Assembly (NCBI GenBank): GCA_002269645.1
Contig: NIVC01000419.1
Location: forward strand, 1-64,000
Reading direction: 5' to 3'
Source of the DNA: Macrostomum lignano
Taxonomy: Eukaryota
Length of the DNA stretch: 64,000 nt
The notes under the pieces were generated by a model, which was not told the DNA's origin, did not search any database, and worked only from the letters and a program-made list of their open reading frames with translations. Shown here one piece after another: positions 35,170-48,579 of the stretch. The position numbers and the translations under genes are program-made. Position 1 is the first letter of the stretch. Every line of letters begins with the position of its first letter.

Positions 35170-35985
35170 ATGCAGTTCTGTGGCCGGGCTTTGATTGGCT
35201 TTATTATCTATGGCCGAGTGCAGTTCTGTGGCAGTGTGGCTTTGATTGGCTTTATTGTCTATGGCCGAGTGCAGTTCTGTGGCAGTGGCTTTGATTGGCT
35301 TTATTGTCTATGGCCGAGTGCAGCTCTGTGGCAGTGGCTTTGATTGGCTTTATTGTCTATGGCCGAGTGCAGCTCTGTGGCAGTGGCTTTGATTGGCTTT
35401 ATTGTCTATGGCCGAGTGCAGTTCTGTGGCAGTGGCTTTGATTGGCTTTATTGTCTATGGCCGAGTGCAGCTCTGTGGCAGTGGCTTTGATTGGCTTTAT
35501 TGTCTATGGCCGAGTGCAGTTCTGTGGCAGTGGCTTTGATTGGCTTTATTGTCTATGGCCGAGTGCAGTTCTGTGGCAGTGGCTTTGATTGGCTTTATTG
35601 TCTATGGCCGAGTGCAGCTCTGTGGCAGTGGCTTTGATTGGCTTTATTGTCTATGGCCGAGTGCAGTTCTGTGGCAGTGGCTTTGATTGGCTTTATTGTC
35701 TATGGCCGAGTGCAGGTCTGTGGCAGTGTGGCTTTGATTGGCTTTATTGTCTATGGCCGAGTGCAGTTCTGTGGCAGTGGCTTTGATTGGCTTTATTGTC
35801 TATGGCCGAGTGCAGTTCTGTGGCAGTGGCTTTGATTGGCTTTATTGTCTATGGCCGAGTGCAGTTCTGTGGCAGTGGCTTTGATTAGCTTTATTGTCTA
35901 TGGCCGAGTGCAGTTCTGTGGCAGTGGCTTTGATTAGCTTTATTGTCTATGGCCGAGTGCAGTTCTGTGGCAGTGGTTCTTGACT
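35170..35985. repeat. 49-bp minisatellite (GGCTTTGATTGGCTTTATTGTCTATGGCCGAGTGCAGTTCTGTGGCAGT)
   Basis: About 16 highly homogeneous units. Confidence 0.96.
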
Positions 35986-36613
35986 TTATTGGCTTAGTTA
36001 TCAATATGGCTAACAAATGCAAAACAATGAACCAATGAAAATGCTACTTGGATCAACTACAATGAAATATTTTGTTGCTGTATTTATTTCTGCCCTCTAA
36101 TGTATTGTACTTTTAGCTTACTACCTAATGGAAAAAATATTTATTGTATTAAATAAACACTTATGACGAAAAACCAATCGACACTACTTGTTGTTTGAAA
36201 CTACGAAGGATATATACGAGTATATAAAATCCAGTTGTCTTCTTACTGTCTCAAATGTGCAATTAGGTACATGGAAGAATGGAAAGATGGTGTAGACAAT
36301 GCAAAGTGAGAGAGGGAGAAAGAGCTAAAAGAGAAGGGAGAGGCTGAAAGAGAAGCGGAGGACGCATAATGATGTGCAGAAAATTTCTTTCCCTGTTAGC
36401 TACTGCCAATGCTGTACGAGTACAATGTCAGTAGCGTGGCTTAATTACGTACATACCAAATGCTGCTCTGTTGCCATGCAGGTGAAGTACAGTCCTGTCC
36501 ACATTGCTAAAAAAATTCAAGTCTATCGCTTTCACAAGCTTTTATAATCTGTTAAACGTTGCAATTAAAATCGCTTTTCAAGTAGAGTCAATAGAAGCCT
36601 CGTCGGCAGAGAG

Positions 36614-39600
36614 ATGTTCAGTGTTAAAGCTAAAAAACTGTCGCCCCAGGTAAAAGACTGCTGCTCTGAGATTGAAAAAGCAACCAAGCTTCTAAAACAG
36701 TTGACCAGTCCAGCAGCTCTAGAGAGCAATGATGCCGGGGCGTCTGACCTGTTCACTAGCGTTGCTCAACTCGCGTCAGTGTTTTCAACCAAACAAGTGG
36801 CCGAGAACCCGGATGTGACAATGGCAGTCAACGATTCCAATCTGCTCGCGATGTCTGTTGACTTACTAATTGCTGCTGTGGAAAGCGCGGATGAGGTGCC
36901 GAGTTCGAGCGCAAAAACATTTAACGGTATTGTTGGCAATGTCTGCCAGTGTCTGTTGGGCATCTTTCTAAACGCTACCAACTGGTCGTTGGACTTTTGT
37001 CGGCAGCTTAGCCAGCAGGAAAAGTACTTCAAGGAGTTTTATCCTCGACTACTATCTAGCCAGGATGCGAAGCAGCTGGACTCACGCACGGGACGTGGAA
37101 ATGCCGTTTACTACACCATCGGAGCCGCGTTCAACGCGTACTTTAAAAACGACTCAGAGGTGTTCAGCCGATTGTCGGAGTTTGACTTGGTCAGCAGTAC
37201 GAAGCCCTACCTGCAATGCGGCGATACCACGGTGTCTGTGAGTGATTAGATTAATTGGTATTTTAATAGTTCACTTCTCTTAAATATATTTCCCTTCTGT
37301 TTGTGTTGATGCACCTGCCGATGTAAAGATGGGTTAGTGTCTTAGTGCCTGTCTGATTGCCTGCATGTTTTAGTCCCTGTCATTATGTCTGTCTTAGTGC
37401 CTGTTTAACTGCCTGTATGTCTGTTCTAGAGCTTTTATGTCTATCTTAGTGCCTGTTTTAGTGTCTGCCTTAGTGTCTGTCATCGTGCTTGTCTGTCTTA
37501 GTCTTGCCTGTTTTAATGTCTTAGTACCTGTATTATTGACTGTCTTAGTGTGTGTATGTCTGTCTGCCTATCAACCTTTCAATCTCTACCTCGGTACTGA
37601 GCTAAAAGCTGACTGTCACAAATATGAATGGCAAGATAAATAGCCATGCTATTATAAAAACCAAATACCCCACCTCTCACAGACAGCTGCGCTAATCCTC
37701 ATCGCATTCGCAGTAGATGAAAAGCAAAGCGACGTATTTCTTGGTGCCAAAGACAACATCGCCTTTCTAATTGAGAATCTGCGCAAGGCGCTCGGGTCAC
37801 CAGACAGAAGCTGGAGAGGCTACGATGTGATTGAAGTGGCTAAATGTGAGTTTTGCCAAGTAGTCAAAAGTTACCAAAATTAATAAAATTTACATTGGTC
37901 ATTTTTTCATGCGCCTAGTTTACTTTACAATGAGCTTTTACTGCAGAAAATGGTGGAAAAATTCGTCATCTAACTTTTAACTGCTGCTTAATTCAACCAA
38001 GGCATTCGGCGATTGGCCCTGAACGACTCGAACAAAGATCTTCTCATCGAACTGGACTTGTTGCCAACCGTAAAAAAGCTTCTCGACAGCTCGAACGACG
38101 AGGACGTAGCCGAAGGCATCGAGATTCTGTTCACTCTCAGCTTTAGCAAGAAATTTCGTCAGAAGATTTGGAAAGAATTCCGAGAGGTCATCGGCTTGTT
38201 AGAGGTAATTATTGTTTAGTTGATATTTATATGCTTTTTGTGGTTCCAGACGTCCACGAGGATCTGCTCTGTAAGAGCAGTCCTACAGTCCCTGGCGCGA
38301 CCTGATCGCCAGAAGGCAGCATTGTTCAGGCGGTGGTAGAGACGCACATTTAGTTGCTGACAGACTCGCAGGACGAAAAAACTCCATCACCACGAGGCCA
38401 GCTTTAGCAAGCTAATGCATACGCGTTGTCGTATCGCACTTCACTCCATAGCCGGTGCATAGAGGAGTTACTGCTGACGCTGCAGGAGGATCTTTGAGGA
38501 CAGGTGGACACAAGTCATTTCGTTGCTCAGATTCCGTCAGCCGCTTGACCTGAGTTCAACATTGTGACAGCGTACTTGGGGGTTGCAAAGGTTTGCTTTA
38601 TCCCCTCCAATGCTTTCTATTTTCAGGTCAGTCCAAAGTGGAGCAGCTCCAAGCAGCTGCAGGGCCTCGTCTTTCAGCTGCAGGACGCCTCTGAGAGACC
38701 CGGCAGTGCCGCATCAACCACTTCAGCTTCCGCTGGCCGAAAAAAGTCCAAAAAATCCTCACGACGGGTGATGATCAGTTATAACCACGGCAGCAAGGCG
38801 GCTGTTGAACGACTTTACAACCTGCTCACGGAGGCTCAGGTAGACATCTGGGTCGATTTCAAAGACATGAAGAGTGGCTCTGTGTATCAGGCGATGGCGA
38901 ATGGAATTGAAGGCTCAAGTGTTGTGCTCATGTGCATCACCCGGTTGTACAACGAGAGCAACAACTGTCGATTGGGTATGTTGAAATGATGGCAGATTTT
39001 TCAAGGTTTACAACGGTGCAACGTATATAACAAAGTGAATTTTTGCCTCGTAAAATACGTAAGCGTTTACCACAGGTAACACAGGGACGCTAAATAAAAT
39101 AATGACACCACACTTCATTTAAGCACATCCGTTTACAGTATTTTCACGTTTTGATTTGTACTTCAAGGATGAATTTGTAGAAATTCGCGCTAAATATTCA
39201 TAGAGGCTAACCAGGAAGAGAACTACATGCAGTTAAAACAAATTTAAAACCGGGTTGCTTTCATAAGACCGAAATTTTACAACGTAGAATACTTTATATA
39301 ATAAGGACCATGCCGTCTCGGTATTGGGACCTTGATCCCGTCCTACCTCTACTCATAGACCTGTACTATTTTGACACACCTAATCTACTGACGTAGAATG
39401 CTCTAATTGTTCTCAGAGGTGGAGTACGCGCACGAGTGCGGCAAGAAGCTCATCCCGCTGCTGCTGGAGCCCAAGTACCGGCCCAATGGTTGGCTCGGCT
39501 TTCTGACTCGAGCTGAGCTGCGCTACGACCTCACTGAGACAAAGTGCTCATTTGAGAGCAAAGTGCAAGAGCTGCTGGTGGCGCTGCAGAGCCACTTCAA

Positions 39601-39994
39601 CCAGTTGGACAGCGGCGTGACGAGTCGGTCGGGTTCGGCTGTCGGCAGTCAGCGTCGGGGGCACGAAACGCCGTCGCAGCCGCCGGTGCTGCCTCCAATT
39701 GTGTCGCAGCAGCAGCATCAGCAACTGCAACTGCAGCAATCAACCCGTCGATTGGCCTCTTCAGTTCGAGCATGGGACGCCGAGAAGGTCACCGCCTGGT
39801 GCCGGGAACACGGACTGCCAGCGGAAATCACCGAACGCGGAATGTCCGGCTTGGAGCTGCAGTTTCTGGCCCGCACTCTGGCCCGCTCGCCCGAGTACTT
39901 CGGTCGAGTTCTCGAACGGCACTTCGGTTTGAGCAAACTGCTAGATTTGGCCGCCTTTGTAACGGCGATCGAGGAATTACAGGACTGCGAGTAA
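36614..39994 (+). CDS. ARM-like helical repeat + TIR + C-terminal SAM-like protein, 5 exons, ~638 aa
   Basis: Exons 36614-37237, 37683-37845, 38002-38204, 38627-38975, 39417-39994, phases consistent (1917 nt). TIR motifs VMISY, IWVD, NCRLEVEYA, LIPLLLE, GWLG; ARM-like LALNDSNK..L....L; SAM-like WDAEKVTAWC...GMSGLEL. Confidence 0.88.
38260..38530 (+). mobile_element. Degenerate RTE-like LINE 3' fragment in intron 3 of the TIR gene
   Basis: Nucleotide similarity (CCGGTGCA..CTGCTGACGCT) to the 40200-40440 fragment. Confidence 0.45.
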
Positions 39995-40199
39995 TGCTGT
40001 TTAACGTCATCAACTGCTTCAAATTTCTGTCTTCATTTTTTTAAAAATACCAAAGTACGTGCAGACCTTTTTATCCGAATGAGAGTTATATTTTTTGCGA
40101 TTATATTTGCGTAGGCTTTATTGCCTAGGTTATGAAAGCATTCTATGTAATAAATATATTTACTTAAGCAAAAGTAGCTAAGTTACGGTACGGTTAAAC

Positions 40200-40440
40200 A
40201 CATACTCGCTGCGCGCCGCCTTCAAGATCGGCTACGAACGAGTGACCCACGCGCCATTGTATCATCGCGCCGGCCTGGTCCGTCCAAGCGACGTGTTGCG
40301 CCCTCGGCGACTCCAGCTCGCAGGCCATATCATCCGCGCCGAGACATACTGCCCACAACCGGTGCAAAAGATGCTGCTACTGACGCTACCCTACCGGCGG
40401 GAGAGGCCTGCACTCGGCGTTCGTTCGCGCTTGGCCCTTA
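40200..40440 (+). mobile_element. RTE-like non-LTR retrotransposon 3' fragment
   Basis: Translates LYHRAGLVRPSDVLRPRRLQLAGHIIR...RRERP, typical of the C-terminal R.RRL...GH..R region of RTE-type ORFs. Confidence 0.65.
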
Positions 40441-40759
40441 GACGCCCCTGTGACGCTGACTGCGTATTTGTGGTTAAACAGCTATGTCTGTCAAGCTTTG
40501 GATGATTTTCTAGTAAAGTAAATGGTTCAATCTTGTGATTAAATGCGTACACTAGAGGAACTCTGGAACTTTTTCATAATTTGCCACGTTTTATCAATGT
40601 TGCACACAGAATGGAGATCTACACCCACACCCTCAGAGAACAAGACTACAATTCGCATCGTTACATATGAGTAGAATCTCTCGGAAACAAAATTCGATTA
40701 AGCAAACATATCCGGATAACTTTTTTTTTATTAGAGGCAGGGGGTTGTGTGCACCCTGG

Positions 40760-41080
40760 CGCACTTTAAGCGACATAGGCACACAACCGGCGAGAGTCAT
40801 TACTGCCCATTCCGCCGACTCCCCTGAGCAGGCATACAAGCGCGCGGATACGTACGCAGGCACACTCACACAGGAGTGTACAGCGGCCCTAACTTTACTT
40901 ATCGTTAGGCATGTACACTTCACTGCGCCTTGGGGGGTTGGCTCTCAAGGCCGTTAATTGCACGAGCAGAGCCAAGCCGAGATTCCAATTCAGCTCCAAA
41001 TTAATGTGACTGCACTTGGAATCGAGCCTGGGCCGCTGGCACACCAGAGCCTGCGCTAGACCGCTGGGCTACGGCCCCCC
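40760..41080 (-). mobile_element. tRNA-derived SINE
   Basis: Minus-strand head GTAGCCCAGCGGTCTAGCGC...GGCTCGATTCC (A and B boxes); tail shared with 46430-46560. Confidence 0.7.
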
Positions 41081-41134
41081 TATATCCGGATAACATATGC
41101 GATCTGAATGAACCCAATAGTAAACTTAAAAAGA

Positions 41135-41730
41135 CAAAATGCGAATTCGAATCAAGAACTACCCAAGTAGATCAAGGACGGGAAAAGACGTTTCTTGGAA
41201 ATTTTGAAGGCAGATTTTACCGGAAAATCTATTAGCTACGGAGAATGGAGTGTTTCCTTTTTTCAGCACAAAAAATTTAATGCTTTCGATAGGAGGCAGA
41301 CCCAATGTTTATCTGGTGATATGACTTGCCTTTCTCATAGCTCTATTTGATATTACGTAGTAGAGCTTTTTTAAAAATAAAAGGCTTTAAAAGCTAATAT
41401 ATATAGGCCATATTTATGAGAATAATTTAGCCTCAGTCAATATTGTCTCATTTTTCTGAATATTTGTATTATCTTAGTTAAAATCGATTTTGGTATAAAA
41501 TCAACAAGATAAGCCTAATAAAGATTCATAAAAGGAATGAATCTGAATCTATTTGTGTCATTTTTGTATGATTTTTAGCAACAAGAAATCCTAATTTTCT
41601 AAACAAAAAACTCTACAAATATCAATATACTACAATACTAGTTTTGAAAGCAACTACAGATTTTTGCTGGAAAATAAATATCTCCATTCTGAAAAAATCT
41701 AGAAAAATAGCATTTCTTGCTTGAAGCGGT
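41135..41730. mobile_element. Older, diverged copy of the long-TIR foldback element at 60475-61164
   Basis: Shared blocks TTCAGCACAAAAA and GATAGGAGGCAGA.CCA.TGTT.ATCT. Confidence 0.65.
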
Positions 41731-42767
41731 GTCCACAATTCTCTACTGCCAGTAGAGTGTATGAAAAAGAGTCTAATTTTCGATTTTCCGTTGTTCATAA
41801 CAAGCTCTAAACGCATTAACGCTATTCAGAAGCGTCTTACCAAGACGTAAGTTCTGTCTGCTTCAACTACTGAGCCTTTACCATTTAGCATTATTATTAG
41901 ATCCACACAATCTCACAAGAATTTGCAATTGAACAAAGCAATTTTGAAAAAAATCGGTTCAGGCATTCAGGCTGTAGACTGGAATACCAGACAGACAGAC
42001 AGACAGATCTTAGAGATTTAGTATATTGTGATTAAGTGCGCAGAATTTGGGTTTCACTTTCTAACGCATGAGCTTGAATTGCGTACATTGGCAGATACAA
42101 TTCTGATTACACTGTATACTTGCGAGTATGTTTGCTAGACCAAGCTGTACTTCAGTATGTAAGCATAGCCAGCCCAGTTATTCAACAGCCATGGTTACCA
42201 AAAGGCGCGATGCACCAATCTGTACGTTTTTGGTTCGCTGCGTCGCCGAACAGAAGTTGATTCATCTCGAAGGGTTACTACTAATATCTTTAAGCTAGAT
42301 TTCATCCTAGATGTTGTAGATTATTCTAATTCAACTCATAAACAAATTTGAAGCTTCTCAAAATTTAGCTCAATGTTGTGGATGCGCAAAGCACAGAGCC
42401 ACACTGTCTTGCACTATTGATACTAGCTAGTAATGACTAAAAACAGCACGAACAACAGCGTTTCTTTGTGCAGTAGACAGGCTCGAGCTACAAGTGTTTT
42501 CTGTGTCATAGCTTGCTACCACTATTTTTAGCGTCTGCAGGAATCGGTTTCTTCTGCTCCAATGCGTAGCTCATCACTGCTTTCTGTGAACCATTTCTGT
42601 GCAGCCAGTGAAAATGCACTGTAGGAAGGGTAGAAAAATTCAGACAATAAATGGAATAGAGAATTGCTTTCTCGCTATAAAATAGACAGGAAAACAGGCA
42701 GCGCAAAGACGGACCGCTCGACTCGGATTGCTAAGCAAATCAAAGATACAAACTAACGAAAATCTTT

Positions 42768-45700
42768 ATGGCATCTGCGAGGCCTCGAGAACTGGAAGAC
42801 AGCTACGAAGTAGTGCTGCAAGGCTTCGGCGGCAGTGCAAGCGTCACAATTAGTCAGTTGACGGCGCCAAATCAGCTGGTTGAACAAATAGAAATTGCGC
42901 GAGAACGTTGGGTTAAGGTTCGACAACAACTAGCTGAACAGGGGGACCGGCTTGAGAAGCTGCGCAATTCAATTGCTGCATCAACTAGAGCTGACAATCA
43001 GCCCATAGTCCGGTGAGGCTGCTTACAACTTTTTCTCTATTATCTTAGAGGTACATAGCGGTTGGCCCTATCTGTCACGACGGTATAGTTCCAGTTTCTA
43101 GACGTCTTAGTGGATCCTATGACTTTTGCTACCCATTTGACGTTTGATGCACCCATTTGACGTTTGCTACCCATTTGACGTTTGATACACCCATTTGACG
43201 TTTGCTACCCATTTGACGTTTGCTACCCATTTGACGTTTGATACACCCATTTGACGTTTGCTACCCATTTAACGTTTGCTACCTATTTGACGTTTGATAC
43301 ACCCATTTGACGTTTGCTACCCATTTGACGTTTGATACCCATTTGACGTTTGCTACCCATTTAACGTTTGATACCCATTTGACGTTTGATACACCCATTT
43401 GACGTTTGCTACCCATTTGACGTTTGATACACCCATTTGACGTTTGATGCACCCATTTGACGTTTGCTACACCCATTTGACGTTTGATACACCCATTTGA
43501 CGTTTGCTACCCATTTGACGTTTGATGCACCCATTTGACGTCTGCTACACCCATTTATTGACGTTTGTACCCATTTGACGTCTGCTACACCCATTTATTG
43601 ACGTTTGCACCCATTTTACGTCTGCTACACCCATTTATTGACGTTTGTACCCATTTTACGTCTGCTAAACCCATTTATTGACGTTTGTACCCATTTGACG
43701 TCTGCTACACCCATTTTTATTGACGTTTGTACCCATTTGACGTCTGCTACACCCATTTATTGACGTTTGTACCCATTTGACGTCTGCTACATTTATTGAC
43801 GTTTGTACCCATTTGACGTCTGCTACATTTATTGACGTTTGCTACCCATTTGACGTCTGCTACACCCATTTATTGACGTTTGCTACCCATTTGATGTCTG
43901 CTACACCCATTTATTGACGTTTGCTACCCATTTGACGTCTGCTACATTTATTGACGTTTACTACCCATTTGACGTCTGCTACACCCATTTATTGACGTTT
44001 GCTAAGCATGTTTTACTAAGCTTGTAAAGCTTCTTTATAACTTTTTCGAACATAGGCGGATCGCTGGCAGTAAGCTTCCTGTAAGCTCTTTTAAGGCCAA
44101 ATACCTTGGAAGCTTATCCTTGTTGTAAACTCCAGCTTTAGCTGTATGACAGGAAGGGAGACAGCAACGAAAAGCGCTTGGTACGAGTAATAACACAGGT
44201 GGCGCAATCGAGGCCCGAGCCTTCAATTTATATATATTTTTTAGTACGAACAAAAACAATTCAACGCCGTGAGAACAGCGTTCTCAGTTCAAGGCAAGGC
44301 CTAAAAAGGCACAGCGCACTGCCACCCACCCCAACGCCACAGATCTACCCCCCCCCAGAGGTGGAGCCAAACACGTACCCCCCTCCCAGCCAATCGCAAA
44401 CGCCGGGGTTTGTCCACGCCGTGCAAGTCGGCTAGGCAAACCGGTCAAAAATTATCAATAATACGCGATAATCAACATCTTGCAAATTTAGCGACGTGGA
44501 ACGGACTGTCGTTCCTCGAGAGATTGAGCGAGCCCGGCACCAAGCTCAAATAAGCGATCTGCAGCGTCGACACGCTGTTGCGGTCGAAAAAGAGAGGGCG
44601 AGCTTTTTAGACCGATTCGAACAGCTTAATCAGTTGCAGAAGAAGCTGATAAGCCAAGATGAAGGCAGAAAACGAGTTTCAGACACAGCTTTGGAGGAAC
44701 TCGCCAAGCTGACGGTTGAAATTGAACAGGAGAGAGAGGCAGCACAGCAGGCTCGAGACAGGGCTCGGGAGCTGGAGCTGGAGCTGGATCAGGCTAATGC
44801 TGGGTAGCTATATGCACCATATTTTGCACCTTGCTATCCTATTAATGTCTCACTGTCTGTCCTGGCCCTAAACCACTCTGCCACTTTCATCCTCACTACA
44901 CTCTCTGCCCCTTCTAAACCCACCGCTCTCTACCCATTCCAACCCCACCACTCTCTGCCCCTTCTAACCCCACCACTCTCTGCCCCTTCTAACCCCACCG
45001 CTCTCTGCCCCTTCTAACCCCACCACTCTCTACCCCTTCTAACCCCACCGCTCTCTGCCCCTTCTAACCCCACCACTCTCTGCCCCTTCTAACCCCACCG
45101 CTCTCTGCCCCTTCTAACCCCACCACTCTCTGCCCCTTCTAACCCCACCACTCTCTACCCCTTCCAACCCCACCACTCTCCGCCCCTTCTAACCCCACTA
45201 CTCTCTGCCCCTTCTAACCCCACCACTCTCTGCCCCTTCTAACCCCACCGCTCTCTGCCCCTTCTAACCCCATCACTCTCTACCCCTTCTAACCCCACCG
45301 CTCTCTGCCCCTTCTAACCCCACCACTCTCTGCCCCTTCTAACCCCACCGCTCTCTGCCCCTTCTAACCCCACCGCTCTCTGCCCCTTCTAACCCCACCG
45401 CTCTCTGCCCCTTCTAACCCCACCGCTCTCTGCCCCTTCTAACCCCACCGCTCTCTGCCACTTCTAACCCCACTACTCTCTGCCCCTTCTAACCCCACCA
45501 CTCTCTACCCCTTCTAACCCCACCGCTCTCTGCCCCTTCTAACCCCACCACTCTCTACCCCTTCTAACCCCACCGCTCTCTGCCCCTTCTAACCCCACCA
45601 CTCTCTACCCCTTCTAACCCCACCACTCTCTACCCCTTCTAACCCCACCACTCTCTACCCCTTCTAACCCCACCACTCTCCGCCCCTTCTAACCCCATCA

Positions 45701-47255
45701 CTCTCTGCCCCTTCTAACCCCACCACTCTCTGCCCCTTCTAATCCCATCACTCTCCGCCCCTTCTAACCACATCACTCTCCGCCCCTTCTAACCCCACCA
45801 CTCTCCGCCCCTTCTAACCCCATCCCTCTCCGCCCCTTCTAACCCCATCACTCTCCGCCCCTTCTAACCCCATCACTCTCTGCCCCTTCTAACCCCACCA
45901 CTCTCTGCCCCTTCTAATCCCATCCCTCTCCGCCCCTTCTAACCCCATCACTCTCCGCCCCTTCTAACCCCACCACTCTCTACCTCTTCTAACCCCGCTT
46001 TACGCTTTACCCCTTTAACTACAACATGAATATCCTTGAATTGGAGTTTGGCAACGAAATGAAATTCCTCACTTCTATCTTTACAGTCGAGAACAAGCAG
46101 AAAAGGAAAAGGCTGAACTGGAGAGAACGCTTGAAGAGTGGAAAACTACCATCAGCAACGAGACTACAGAGTAAGGGAACGAAAAAATTGGGTATAATTA
46201 AATTTTGCTAGAGTAAATTAAATTCATCATGCGTGATATTAAACCGTTCAGAAAATTCAATGCAATGGCAGTCAAACATCTGGCTTTGCTGGAGAGGCAC
46301 CAGAGCCTGCGAGAGCAGCTAAGTTCTATGACGATCGGAAATGGCGGAGTTAGATGTGTCAGGTGATGCCACTGATCTATACGCTTAATTCCTAAATCCC
46401 TCTATCGCAACGCCTTCGGCAACATCATTCTGCTGACTCCTGAACACATACAAGCTAAGCCAATACTGTACACAGGCACGCACTGATGTACACGCTCACA
46501 CGGGGTGTACAGCGGCCCTGACTGTCTAATCGTCAGGCATGTACACTCTCTGTGCCTTAATGATTGAGAACGGCTGTTCAGTTCAAGGACTGGGTGGTCG
46601 CCACACACACCCTCAATTACCCCAGCTAATGCTGGCAGCCATTTTACAGCTGGGTGAACCGAAGCAATGCAGAGTTAAGTGTCTTGCTTAAGGACACAAA
46701 TTGTTCCAGTGGGATCAGGAATCGAACCCCGACCTTCAAGTCGTGAGTCCGACGCTCTAACCACTAGGCTAAAACCCCCAGTGAAAAACCACAAGCTACA
46801 GTCTGTGTAGCCATTTTGAATGCCTAAGTGTTCAGACACAGATTAAATGCTCCACCCGCAGCCCTGCAGAACAACATCAACAGCAGCAGCAGCAGAAGCC
46901 ACAAGCAATCGAAGGTCGACAAGGTCCAGAACACGACAAAGACCGCGAGATCCAACAGCTGAAACAGGAAATTGGCCAGTTAAAACAGAGCGAAAAGGAA
47001 CTATCAGACCGCTGCAGCGAGTGCAATAGAATTGTCAACGAAGTGATTGCCGAGTCTGAAAAGGTCAAATATCAGCTTATGACTGAGCGAAACAGGCTGC
47101 TAGCCGACCAAAAGGAGGCCATTAGCGACTATGCTGACAAGATGAAGGAGAAGGCGAGAGCCGAGCTGCGACTGCGCGACCAAATTCGAGACCTGACAAA
47201 GCAGCTGGACGAGATGAAGCGGCATTCCGCGCCTGAGAGAAGTCGCAAGTATTGA
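42768..47255 (+). CDS. Coiled-coil protein of unknown family, 5 exons, ~381 aa
   Basis: Exons 42768-43012, 44492-44803, 46087-46170, 46252-46362, 46862-47255; all four introns GT-AG and phase 2; 1146 nt in frame; E/Q/K/R/L heptad-rich. Confidence 0.8.
43125..44005. repeat. 18-24-bp minisatellite (ACCCATTTGACGTTTGCT and variants), drifting along the array
   Basis: Directly visible in intron 1 of the coiled-coil gene. Confidence 0.94.
44900..45995. repeat. 25-bp C-rich minisatellite (CTTCTAACCCCACCACTCTCTGCCC)
   Basis: About 43 units in intron 2 of the coiled-coil gene. Confidence 0.95.
46400..46780 (-). mobile_element. tRNA-derived SINE with a Meta/Nin-like central domain
   Basis: Minus-strand head TAGCCTAGTGG...GGTTCGATTCC; central ACAGCTGGGTGAAC...AAGTGTCTTGCTTAAGGACAC resembles conserved metazoan SINE core domains. 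Confidence 0.8.
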
Positions 47256-47419
47256 GAATGAAACTATAAGAGGTGTACATTGGACTCGGGCTCGATAGAT
47301 ATGCTTCCATCGTTGTTGAATGTTTCGGATTGTAATTGTAATTACTACCAATAGTAATAATTGATTACACCTGCCCCAATTGGGCCAGATGTGCAACGAC
47401 AGCTCAGCCGCAGCTATTG

Positions 47420-47652
47420 CGCGGCGCATCTGAAGGCTGCGTAAGGCTGTTCAGTCCAAGGACTGGGGGTCGCCACACGCACCCTCAATTACCCCAGCTG
47501 ATGCTGGCACCCATTTAACAGCTGGGTGAACTGAAAAAATGAAGAGCTTAGTGTTTTGCTCAAGGGCACAAATTGTTCCAGTGGGATCGGGAATCGAACC
47601 CACGACCTTCAAGTCGTGAGTCCCACGCTCCAACCACTAGGCTACAAACCCC
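47420..47652 (-). mobile_element. Second, truncated copy of the same SINE
   Basis: High identity to 46560-46780, with A and B boxes. Confidence 0.8.
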
Positions 47653-48579
47653 ACTGATAGCCTCAGAAAGGCTTTTGGAATGAAGACCTTATCGAAAACA
47701 TAGTTGAACATATAACACATTTGTTAAACTTCTCTCGCAGCTCATACCAAACTGACCCATAAGGTAGTGTAAAAATGTTCCAATTTGAAATAAAATGGCA
47801 AAATAATACCTGTTTATTCATTATTGATTTCATTTTAAACACTTGTGTTATGAATCTCACTTATGTCAGTTAAATGCGAGTTAAACTTAATGAAAGTCTG
47901 ATGAAATCTAGCACAAACAACAACGTTTCTATATAAGTTTTCTTGTCTTTTGTCTTTTGTCTTTTTCAAAAGTGAGAAAAGTATTCAAAATATTTCTATT
48001 GTTCTACTTATACGCTACAGTAGTACCCTTAGAGAATTTTCTTGCTTGCGTTTCAAATTAAGTTTTATTTTGTTTTTTAGGTAAGCCTGCATTTCTTTTA
48101 GCCTGCAATACTAAAAATCTGCCTTTTTACCTTGGTGGCTGAATGTGGTTTGTCCTCTTGAACTTCAGTTCAAGACGGTGTCTTCCATTGCTCATAGCAT
48201 ATCATAACTAAAGTCTAGGCAAATGTCAGAGTATAAATCATGTCGTACAAACAAAAATGAGGTTCCTCTTTGACCCTGCCAAAAAGTTGATCAGTACAGC
48301 CCACCGAGCATCATATATACGATTCTGAGTGGCGCTATGCAAACACAGACTGCCTACTCTTGCCAACCTCATTCTCCGTATCTTTGTACACTTTGGTAGG
48401 GCTACTCTGAGTGTGAAGAGTCTCAAGATACTCGAAATATTAATTAATAAAACAAAACCCAGGGAAGCTTTTCAATTTCGGATTCCGTCGCCTGCGTAAG
48501 CTGGCATGGTGTGCTCAAAGCTGGAAATTTGAAGTGCAATTGATATCCGCACCTGGAGAGCGTGTGAGAGCGCAGTGGA

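Noticed and set aside
35170-35985. Regular arrays as possible CRISPR
   Set aside because: Units are head-to-tail with no unique spacers; eukaryotic context and no cas genes.
47580-47652. tRNA gene (also 46705-46780 and 41020-41080)
   Set aside because: A and B boxes are present but the acceptor stem is poor and each continues into a repeated body, so these are SINE heads.
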